Positions 1 through 8,350 of a stretch of 8,910 nt of DNA are shown in pieces. Within the stretch, counting starts at the first letter, position 1. Each line of letters opens with the position of its first letter. Made by a program: the position numbers and the translations under genes. The notes beneath the pieces were generated by a model. It saw nothing but the letters and a program-made list of their open reading frames with translations, was not told the origin of the DNA and made no database searches. Source of the stretch: Paraspadella gotoi (lineage: Eukaryota; Animalia; Chaetognatha); contig JBJCIZ010001543.1 of NCBI GenBank assembly GCA_051294375.1, positions 1 through 8,910 of the forward strand, in the 5' to 3' direction.

Positions 1-282
1 AGAAGTCGATTTTCCAACGTGGTTAGACATAATTGTGTAAGAAAATCCCGAACAATGTATATAATCTATCTTTCATTTTGATCCCTTTTTTTCCCCATTA
101 TTCAATCTTTACCAATACTAAGACTAAGTGATAATACTTTGGGTAAAATTTTACTTTCGCCGACTGGGGTTTTGGCGTTTTTTGAAAAAACCACATAAAA
201 ATAATTAGTTTTTAAATAATTCAATAATACTCAATAATTTTTTGCTGTCATCCTTGGAGTGAATATACATCCATCGATGAAG

Positions 283-528
283 TTAAAAAAAGAAAACTTT
301 AGTAAAGTTAGTAAAGTCTTTACTGTTGTTTTTCGGTGGATTATAACCGAACCTTTTGTTTGAGGAATATGTTTTCCGCTCGATCCGCTTTTTTGTCGCT
401 GACGTCGAATCCTTTAGCGAAAGCACCGTAAATATCCTATCCGACAAAATAGCAAGACAATATTCTGAAACTCGTTAAGCGAAGGTTGAGTAAAATAAAA
501 ACAATATGAATTTTGTCATCAGTTTCAT
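283..528 (-). pseudogene. Possible 5' coding fragment with hydrophobic N-terminus (signal peptide or anchor); product unknown
   Basis: ATG at 528 gives MKLMTKFILFLFYSTFA*RVSEYCLAILSDRIFTVLSLKDS... The frame is open to 283 except for one TAA at 475-477. The gene may continue beyond the left edge of the window. Confidence 0.3.
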
Positions 529-697
529 TGATCAATGAAAAACGGCACAGACAATGAATTTCAATTAACAAAAACGTCGTGTTTCGCAGGGGCGAAAATT
601 TAGGCGTTCTTAATTAGTATTTATCTCATTTCTTCATCATTAATTATTTAATATTCATATCTCGATTAATGTCCATGAGTAATCCAAGAGCTCTCAG

Positions 698-1150
698 TCA
701 CGTGACCGAAATCAGCGTCAAAACGCCGACGACGACGAGACAAACGATGCTTCTTTTCGTCCTCGCCACGGAATTTCTATCGTCGTGAAGAATCGGTTTC
801 GCCTGAATTAACCGCATTCATTACGACATTTGTATTTAACTTTATATCCTTAACTTTTTAACGATTATTATCGCAGTAAGATGAGCGTTGGATTACTTCG
901 TCCTTTAACTTCTTCCAGTTTATGCGGAGGTCGGGAACTTTGTCGGCTTCGAGTTCAAACATCCGTTCGACCACTCGGCCTTTAAGATCGTCACAATAGA
1001 ATATTGTAGAATATTGTAGAATATTGTAGCCGCCAGGATATGATTTTGAGTATTGGCTCTTCATGGATGTACGGGGAAAACATTATAATAGGACGTGAAC
1101 GGGACGGAGTGGGACCCATCTGCAGTGTGACAGACGTTGGGATGACAGTC
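698..1150 (-). pseudogene. Last two exons (1150-897, 802-698) of an unknown protein with a C-terminal hydrophobic helix; frameshifted by a 10-bp tandem expansion
   Basis: Acceptor ttcatcctag at 1151, phase-0 donor GAA|gtaatc at 896, acceptor ttaattcag at 803. Removing one 10-bp unit gives a continuous frame TVIPTSVTLQMGPTPSRSRPIIMFSPYIHEEPILKIISWRLQYSTIFYCDDLKGRVVERMFELEADKVPDLRINWKKLKDE|AKPILHDDRNSVARTKRSIVCLVVVGVLTLISVT*. Confidence 0.5.
997..1029. repeat. Perfect 10-bp tandem repeat (TAGAATATTG)x3.3
   Basis: tagaatattg tagaatattg tagaatattg tag, read directly. Confidence 0.95.
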
Positions 1151-1399
1151 CTAGGATGAATTTTAAATTTAATACTATAGGATCATTCATTCTGCCTTTG
1201 TGAGAACCACCATAAAATACTTTACTTTAAAATCATCTCATCAAGTATATAAAACAATCGAGTAATTTCGCATAAAGAAGGTAAAAATGTTTAACATTCT
1301 CATCTCTACGGCAAAGATCATAAATACATTTAACAAAATTTTGTAATATTCCGACTTCAAGTTCAAATCCTTTTATTTGTGTTGTAGCCCCGAATTACG

Positions 1400-2249
1400 T
1401 AAATGGTCAAACACAAGGAGCCACTTGCAAATTTTTCTCTGCCTCCAATAAACTCTCCCCAGTTGTACTTGTACTCGACCTCCTTATTCCTTCGTCTGTA
1501 TCCTTGTGTTTTTTGTTCGATCCCCACTTGTTGGTCTTCCACAAGTCCGAAGGATCCCACGCGGGTATCAAACTCAACGGCTTGACGTTTTGTTTTCTTT
1601 CTCAGAGTCAAAACATTCTCGGATCGAATCGTCAAGGAGTCGAAAAATTTCGTTTCTGTTATTTTATTAGTATTTTGAACTCAATCTAAAAATAATGTCA
1701 ATACTAATAAACAGCTTTGAAAATCCTTAAAATACTCACATGATCATCTTCCACAAATATCTTATTTATGACATAATTGGTACAACCAATATAAAAACTT
1801 ATCCTTGCATTTAATAATAAGCCTAATCTTAGCCCGCCTGTACTAATGGATCAGGCTGTGGTGTTTAAGGCCTCCATCAAACTTTGGACAAGATAATGGA
1901 CATAGGTTCCCTGCAAGCTTCTCAATCAAAGACTCTCCTCACAGTCTTATTACTTCACTCCTAGAGTACCTGGACTTCCCTATCGATGACAGTGCTATAA
2001 TGTATTTTCTACAAAGAATTTTAATCAACAAGAATAAACAATATAGCATACTAATCTTTCTAAATTGGTTTTTGTAATATTTGAAATACGGGCAATGTCT
2101 ATATCCAAATTTATTTTTACTGTCCATTTCACCTGAAAAAACACAAACGATTATTTACACACTCATAATACAAAAATTACTGATTCAACCTTTATCAATC
2201 ACACCAACGACACGCATGTTACTACAATTCTACCTGATATGTTAGACAT
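1400..2249 (-). pseudogene. Multi-exon gene of unknown function (paralog 1); approximate exons 2249-2181, 2132-2052, 2008-1740, 1655-~1400; several frameshifts
   Basis: GT-AG introns at 2180-2133 (gtaatt...ttttttcag), 2051-2009 (gtatgc...tttgtag, only 43 nt) and 1739-1656 (gtgagt...aacag). Exon 2 is 27 clean codons (VKWTVKINLDIDIARISNITKTNLERL). Exon 3 contains PMSIILVQSLMEALN and FYIGCTNYVINKIFVEDDH. Confidence 0.5.
1775..1942. repeat. Diverged direct repeat, copy 1 (copy 2 at 4243-4410)
   Basis: Shared colinear blocks: aattggtacaaccaa (1775/4243), caggctgt, tttaaggc, tccctgcaagctt (1908/4378), tcaatcaa, gactctc. Confidence 0.85.
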
Positions 2250-3394
2250 CAGGTTCTTTTTCCGGAAATACATTTCTTAAACAACTTCACTAGAGATTAG
2301 CTTATTCAACCATTAACTAGTTACAACGGTGTTGAACAATATCCCTTATAATTCTAAAAACCTTTCCCGATTATTTTTTCCCCCTCACATTAAAATAAGA
2401 AAAAAACAAATAAAACAATAAATATATAAAAATAATTAATCGATCTCGTTAGATACGAACCCAAGTTCCCTCCAAGCGTCGGCGAACGCATAGTTTTACA
2501 ACGCCACTGCCATCTAACGATTGCTATTGACAACACCGAAAAGGACATTCGAACCGCTAGTCCGATCTGGAGTGGAACGAGAGGTGCGACACGAAATTGA
2601 GATCCCTCAGTATGAACACTAGATTGACAACGCGATTGACTGAGCTGTTGACACGGAAAAGGAAGGAGCGACGGTTATTGACACGATTTTAGTAGGGCAA
2701 CTGTCATAATATGCTATAGTGTTGATATGTATGACGAGAATTAAAAATACGAGCTGGACAGATATAGCAGTGATCGAAAGGCGTTATACCCCAACCGCTT
2801 CTAACATTGAGGAAAAAAAAAAAAACAGTATGATTTTGAGGAGTAACACGTCTTGACGGCTCGCCGGACTTACTAATGGAACTATGTGAAACGAAATGCT
2901 GCAAAGGACGCCTCCGGATTAATGAAGATAAGAGCTTGTTAAAATATCAGAAAAGGGGGCGTTCTTCCTTCCATCTCGATCTTTACCCTTCATCTCCTGA
3001 CGACTCTAATCGCTTTCGATTTTCGCCCGCCGGCGGCGCTGTTTTCTTTCCCGCCGTCGCGTTCGCCGCTTGATCTTCCCACGCCGCCTGTCGCCGCCAA
3101 TACACCCTCCAAACCCCTCATGTACAGATATCATCGCTCCGAATCCTGCGCCGTCACGATCTGCTAAGAAATCGGATTGATTTTTTTTTTTTTTTTTCTG
3201 GCTTTTTAAAATCACGAATTTTTTCTCTTTTCAGTCGCGTATTTTTTCAATTCAAAGAAATTTTATCTTTTTTTTTTTTTTTTGAGAACGAAAAACGCTG
3301 TCGCTTCGATTTCGAATGAAAAAAAAACAACTGAGGCATCGAAGGCGAGATTTTATTTATTATTTTTTATTTTATTTGAACCGTTTCGTTCTTT

Positions 3395-4094
3395 GTGTGG
3401 CACACCGATACCCGAATTTCGTGTATGTTTTCCCAAAGACGGTGCGAAAAAAGAGGACGAGGAGAGCATAAAAGCCCACGACAGCTAATCATACACGCAA
3501 AGACAACTATCATTTCGTATGTCTCATTTTCTCTTTTTTTAGAAAAAGGATTAAAAAATTTCGGGAATTTGATAATTAGATGTTTCGACAAGAGGGAGAA
3601 AGCTCACATAGCCTGGTAAGTCTCCACTAAATAACCTATTAGCCCAATTCATTTGTTGAGTAAACTAGTTTATTTTTACGCCTTTAAACCTATTCATTTC
3701 TTATTTTAAAATTTCTTTCTATCGTTTTACAACGTTTACGAAGAAAACGAATATTCTCCTATACATCCAGTTTCCTTGGCAGATTGATTTGGCCTCAGTC
3801 TGATGGCCCGTTCATGAACAATTAGCCCAGGTGCTCTGTTTTAGCAGTCATTGCCTAACATTAGGCCTCGGATCCGAGCCCCTGTTAGTGACGTCCGGAA
3901 CGAGAAAGAATTTGATGTGGATTATGCCCTGTCAAGAATAACACAAATCCTCTTCGATTCGGTGCCAACCACCGATCAAAAAAAAACACCAACGACAAAA
4001 GACAATCCGGTATCTGCCAAACTATTTGTTTACGTCCTACGACGGAAAATGGGATCGACGTCTGGCAAGCCGCTATCCCCCATGTGGATTTTAA
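3395..4094 (+). pseudogene. Three-exon gene of unknown function (exons ?-3516, 3580-3615, 3771-4094) with frameshifts; start not resolved
   Basis: Donors gtatgt (3517) and gtaagt (3616) and acceptors ttag (3579) and tccag (3770) splice in frame to QLIIHAKTTIIS-CFDKREKAHIA-CFLGRLI. Further on the sequence reads RNEKEFDVDYALSRITQILFDSVP. After a shift at the A-run 3978-3986 it reads HQRQKTIRYLPNYLFTSYDGKWDRRLASRYPPCGF*. AATAAA at 4093-4098. Confidence 0.5.
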
Positions 4095-4216
4095 TAAATT
4101 TTTTTTTTCTGCAATACAATGTTTTGTTCTATTCCCCATCGACAAAAGCCCAAAAAATGACAATTTATTTTTCCTTCTCGTTTTTTTCTTGCTTTGCCGA
4201 AGACATGGCTTGCTGT

Positions 4217-4564
4217 TCATTTTTTGTTTTTCTTTTTAATGGAATTGGTACAACCAAATATATCTAAAAAGAATATCCATTCATTAAATAAATAAGCTGT
4301 CTTGCCCCTGACTTTGGACAGGCTGTCTGTGAAATTTAAGGCTTCCATTCACTCTTTACATAAATAACATGTGCAGGTCCCTGCAAGCTTTCAATCAAGA
4401 CTCTCTTCACGGATTCTCGTATAGGAAGTAACCCGTAAGTAATCAATTTTCAATAATGATTTATTATTAAACTTACACTGTCATTAGCCGCCAAACGTTT
4501 TTACCCATATTATTCAAATTTTATTTGTTCCACTAAAACTTTCGTTTCGGTATCTTTGGTACAT
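4217..4564 (-). pseudogene. Short spliced gene of unknown function (paralog 2 of the 1400-2249 gene)
   Basis: ATG at 4564 in an aaaATG context and a gtaagt donor at 4476; the acceptor is unclear. The second exon reads ESVKRVLIESLQGPAHVIYVKS / MEALNFTDSLSKVRGKTAYLFNEWIFFLDIFGCTNSIKKKNKK* with one frameshift. It is homologous to 1775-1942. Confidence 0.45.
4243..4410. repeat. Diverged direct repeat, copy 2 (copy 1 at 1775-1942)
   Basis: Same blocks in the same order and orientation, over the same ~168 bp span. Confidence 0.85.
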
Positions 4565-4664
4565 TTTATAATGGAAAATCTCTGTTTGAAATAAGTTTCT
4601 GCAACGATTTTATTTTTTGGAAATTATTAAAAATTTGAAAAACTCCAATAAATTCAGATAACTA

Positions 4665-4935
4665 TTTTTTATTCTTTTTGATCCATTCTTCTAATTTTTC
4701 TTTCTTTTTTTCTTTCTTTTTTTTCTATATTCTTTCCTTCTCTCTTTTCCTATTTTTTGTCCTTTCTTCTCTATTTCTCTCCTCTTTCTTTCTCATATTC
4801 TTTCCATCAAACAATCTTTCTTTCTTTCTCTATCTTTTGTTTTTTCTTTTTCTACGTATTCTTTTCATCTTTTTTCTTTCCCTTTATTCTTTCTTTTTGC
4901 CTTTCAGTCCTTTATTTTCTTCCTGTCCTTTTGAT
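4665..4935. repeat. Pyrimidine-rich (T/C) low-complexity tract
   Basis: Almost only T and C on the + strand (TTTC/TTC/TC runs). Confidence 0.9.
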
Positions 4936-4974
4936 CTGCTTTTCGATTCATGATGTAACGAAACAGACCTTGGT

Positions 4975-5295
4975 AAGAAAAAAAGAGCAAGGAGGAGGAG
5001 GAGGACGAAGGAGTGGAGGAGAGGAGGAAGGACACAAATATAATGAATGAGACCTTCGCTAAGAATCCGGGCGTCTGGCCCCTCCAAGTACGATACGACA
5101 TCCAAGACTTCCATCTATATTTTGTAACAACGAGCCACGAGAAGTAGAGAGAGAAGAGAGGAGGAATTAGAGAGAGATGGAATTGAATAGACGAGATGAG
5201 AGAAGACGAATGAGAGAGAGATTCCTTCAACTTTCTTCTTCCATACTCTCACACTGTGCATGAGAGATGACTGAGAGAGAAAGAGAGTAGAGAGA
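4975..5295. repeat. Purine-rich low-complexity tracts: (GGA)n at ~4990-5030 and degenerate (GA)n at ~5135-5295
   Basis: ggaggaggaggagga and gagagagaagagag runs, read directly. Confidence 0.85.
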
Positions 5296-5606
5296 TTCGG
5301 TGGAAAAATGGCGAGGGTCGAACCCAAATGGGACACAATTAAGTGTAAAAAAAACGCTAGGAGGAGAGAGCAGGCACACAGAATAAAAAATGTTAGCCAA
5401 AAATGACATTTTGAGGCGAGCTGGGCAATTCAATACGAGGACATGATAAAACACAAAACCTTATACATATCACTTATTTAATGATGCTGAAAACAGTTCA
5501 TTTTCTTTTAACGAATTACCTTCGCCTTCTTATGTAGGAAAGAAGAGGAGATGTTTTCTAAATTTTGTTTTGAAAAACAATTCGTCAAAAAAAAAAAAAA
5601 ATAAAA

Positions 5607-6128
5607 ATGGCGGATTAGATGTCCCGAAGGCGGAGGAACCGGAATAAAAACAAAATAAACATAAGCGGCCGCCGTAGAATCTGGAATATTTTGAAAAAGA
5701 AAAAACGAGGCCCACGTCGCCGAGAGAACCAAAGTCGTACGTCGCCCATTTAAGGACCGAAGAGAAAATCCGAATCCCCGGGTTTCATGCGACCACGCCT
5801 CGACAATCATCTTGATTCGCTGTGCGAGTGCCGGTACTTCCGAATATTATAATCCTGTGTAGAGTCCCACATATCAAATCCGAGAAGAGAAAAATCTTGA
5901 CATAAAAAGGAAAAGCGATGGAGTAAATTTAGGCGTGATATTTCCGCTCGACTCAGGATATTCTTAGGGGAAACAGAAAAGATCTGAAAGGGAAAATTCG
6001 ATCGGAAAAATGTCAGCGATGACGGTGAGAAGGAGTTCCGGTTCTTGGAATTTTTAAATGGAAAAATCCGCGTTCGGGATCCAAGTTTTATAAAAATTTT
6101 ACTATATTTAAAAAAAAAAAAACATGAT
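5607..6128 (+). pseudogene. Probable intronless, frameshifted coding region for a basic protein of unknown function
   Basis: A more GC-rich island between A-runs that begins aaaATGGCG (5607). Open segments include MSRRRRNRNKNKINISGRRRIWNILKKKKRGPRRRENQSRTSPI* (5619-5753), KEKRWSKFRRDISARLRIFLGETEKI* and KGKFDRKNVSDDGEKEFRFLEFLNGKIRVRDPSFYKNF. Confidence 0.3.
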
Positions 6129-6715
6129 ATTAGTTAAAAAAAGTTAAAATTTGTCTCCAAACGAAAATAGATTCTAAAATGGGACAGAATAATTATAAAA
6201 GCTACGAGGAAATATTTCTTAAGCATAAATATTCATTACTTACGATGTGATATATTATTATATTATTATCGATTGAAATATTTTAATCAAATTAATTTTA
6301 ACTCTCGCTTTTTGTCTCTATAGTTCGTTTTCACGCGCAATCATTCATCTTTTGTTTTTGCTTTGACTTAGCCTTTTTTTTTGATGCTCCTCTCTGTACG
6401 AATCAAACCTAGATTTGAATTCGAAAATAAAACGCACATATCAAGAAATTTTTATAAAAAAAAAAATTTGAATTCTTAAAATCTTAATAAATTAGGAAAA
6501 AGAAAATAAACAAACGTTCATAATCGTTTTTTTATTTTTATTTTATTTTTTATTAAATTTTAAATAAATGTGTAAAAATTAATTCATATATTTACTAATA
6601 TATTTTTAAAATTACTTTCTGCTCTTTGTTTTGCATTTTATAATTTATTGAAATCTAATATATAATCACGCCGTTTTTAAAAATATAAATAAATGCTATA
6701 TCTATCTTGAAAAAA

Positions 6716-6896
6716 AATCTTTCAGTGTCACATTACGAATGGCCGAAAAAATGACCAAGCAGTTTTTTATGCATTAAATGCTGCAGGTGTTGCATTTAAT
6801 ATGCAAGAAAAGAAACAATGGGCCGTGCGTGGCTTGACTTCCGATTTGCGGACAAAGGATAAAATAAACTGGATTCAAAATGGACGGAAAATATAA
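6716..6896 (+). pseudogene. gag: Copia Gag capsid fragment (Retrotran_gag_2/UBN2-like)
   Basis: 6768-6896 reads YALNAAGVAFNMQEKKQWAVRGLTSDLRTKDKINWIQNGRKI*, preceded in shifted frames by LSVSHY and AEKMTKQF. This fits the Copia Gag pattern S-V-x-x-Y-x-x-[KR]...L-x-x-x-G...E-K...R-G-L. Confidence 0.65.
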
Positions 6897-6959
6897 ATCC
6901 TGTAGAAATTTTCACTGGTCTCGCTAATGTGTTGACTCCGTTTGTTTTTATCTTGAACC

Positions 6960-7250
6960 GCTCTCGATTGCGTGGCGCTGGATGCTCGCTGTTGTGACAG
7001 ACTTATTGCGGCGCTAGGATCTCGCATTTGCCGCGGTGACAAGATCTTTATTGCGGCGCAGATCTAGATTTCACGTAGAGTGACAAAGATCTTTATTGGC
7101 TCGGCCGCCCAGGGATCTAGGATTGCCCACTTTGTGACAAAATCTTTATTCGGGCGCCAGATCTTCAATTTCGAATGATAAGTTTCTTTTGTGCGCAGCA
7201 CAGATCTCAATTTGTGCTGATGATCAACAAGATTATGTATCGGCAGACGT
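6960..7250 (+). repeat. Degenerate tandem repeat, ~42-54 bp period (core GTGACAAGATCTTTATT-GCGGCGC-AGATCT), probably an Arg/Ser-rich Gag linker
   Basis: GTGACA anchors at 6994, 7036, 7080 and 7134, with a decayed unit at ~7176 (spacings 42, 44, 54, 42). Most units contain [AG]ATCTTTATT followed by a GC-rich patch and GATCT. Confidence 0.8.
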
Positions 7251-7284
7251 GACTGGCTGAATGTCTCCTGCGAGCGGTGATTAG

Positions 7285-7395
7285 GTCAATTACGTGCACG
7301 CCGGAACTTAATTGGGCACGAATGCCGCAAGATCGTCGTTGGCAGGTAGTGCTGGCATCGATCGGATTGGCGCGGCACACGGTTGATTTGGCCGC
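7285..7395 (+). pseudogene. Two degenerate CCHC zinc knuckles (nucleocapsid)
   Basis: TAC-g-TGC...ATT GGG CAC...GCC-g-CAA GAT (Y-C...IGH.A.QD) and TGC TGG CAT...GGA TTG-g-CGC GGC-AC ACG GTT GAT (CWH.GLRGHTVD). Both need indel correction. Their position between Gag and protease fits. Confidence 0.5.
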
Positions 7396-7602
7396 ATATT
7401 ATTTGGAAGCGGTTATTTTTCCAAGATCTTGATTTACGGCGCCTGACGTGTATTCTGTTTTTGCACCTGAGGGAGAGGAGTTACTTCGCATAAATTGCTA
7501 CAATCGGACTGAACGTAAGTGAAACACCATTGGATTTGGCAACGGCCCAGAGCGGGATGCGGCCGATCGATATGCACAGAAGGGCGTTGCCGTAAACAAT
7601 CG

Positions 7603-7900
7603 TGGTTAGTTTTTTCCGAAGCACTCAACAGGACTCTCAGTCAGCATACCCAGGATCTGTAATACGGCGTCCACAAATCTTTGCTTTTATGCGGAGATCG
7701 TCTTTTCGGCGGGCGCACGCGTGAAGTCACGATATTGCAACGGGTCCCGAAGATGCGTAGTGCTTGCACGGGACAGAGTAAACAAGACGAACGAAAGGGG
7801 AAAACAGGATTGGTAACCTTATTTAAGAGCGGTGTTTGAAAATCTGGACAGAGGGACGAGATGGTGCATAATAAAGACGAAAAAAAGCAACTCGGGTATG
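7603..7900 (+). pseudogene. Copia aspartic protease remnant
   Basis: With indel correction it reads WLV(D)SGSSQH-ICN..KSLF ... EVTI(A)NGSKMRSACTGQ ... VTL.K ... CIIK. This resembles the Copia consensus W-I-L-D-S-G-A-S-x-H-I-C-N-D-K-S-L-F ... V-x-x-A-N-G ... G-x-G-x-V. The catalytic Asp codon is not cleanly visible. Confidence 0.5.
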
Positions 7901-8019
7901 TCAGTTGAAGGACTCTCGGCCTCGACAACATGTCAGATCCCAACGAAGAGAGTCCTCACAGCAGCATCGTCCCCTGCCCGCGACGAACAAATAACGGGAC
8001 AAAGAGGCGTCAGTAGCGG

Positions 8020-8350
8020 TAAACACATAATCTTTGCTGGCAAAGAAACAGAGTTTCCCTTTATCCCGCGTAAAACTAGGTTGCTCTATGTTGTTTGTAT
8101 CCGCCTGTACTCAAGATGTCAGGGTCGATTCGCCGCAACCCGCCTCTTGAAGAATAAAATAGAAGGATGAAGAATTACGGACGGATAATTAGCATTGAAA
8201 TAATGCGTTCCTAGGTATACACATTCAAATGAAACAATTGCGGAGAAGAGGGTTATATTATGCTGCGGAAGGCAAAGTTGATACGAACCTCGTAGTGGTC
8301 ATTTCATATAATATTATCCCTGAATTGAAAAGAGAAGCTTTCCGTTAGCG
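8020..8350 (+). pseudogene. Copia integrase remnant (end of Zn-binding region, catalytic core motifs, SH3-like segment)
   Basis: GKETEFPF (cf. GKQTRLPF), RLYS/DV (cf. LIHSDV), GAA TTA CGG ACG GAT AAT = ELRTDN (cf. LRTDNG), MKQ/CGEEG (cf. F..FC...GI), EGKVDTNL and ISYNIIPELKR/KL (cf. AYVHIPKEKRxKL). Confidence 0.7.

Noticed and set aside
283-470. Faint resemblance to GT31 glycosyltransferases (LKQKVRL; KVFF)
   Set aside because: The motif spacing is wrong and no DxD/DDD motif is visible.
2527-2710. TTGACA and TATAAT-like words as bacterial sigma70 promoters
   Set aside because: The locus is eukaryotic and intron-containing, with no convincing -35/-10 spacing or downstream prokaryotic ORF.
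4678-5336. Phe/Leu/Ser-rich ORFs in the track that look like membrane proteins
   Set aside because: These are translations of T/C and G/A low-complexity tracts.
6130-6700. Possible 5' LTR and primer-binding site of the Copia element
   Set aside because: I could not recognise a second LTR copy, a TG...CA boundary or a PBS; the region is very AT-rich.
6773-6800. 9-bp inverted repeat ATTAAATGC / GCATTTAAT
   Set aside because: It is short and AT-rich, lies within the Gag coding remnant, and is compatible with chance.
6990-7200. Repeat array read as a CRISPR array, or as a leucine-rich repeat (LDLRRNK) on the - strand
   Set aside because: The units are degenerate with only short variable gaps, there are no cas genes, and the context is eukaryotic. 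The ~14-codon period is too short for an LRR, and the flanking Gag and knuckle motifs are on the + strand.
7531-7580. Alternative protease active-site reading (WI...SG...M)
   Set aside because: The reading starting at 7603 is better spaced relative to the downstream V..ANG...G.V motif.
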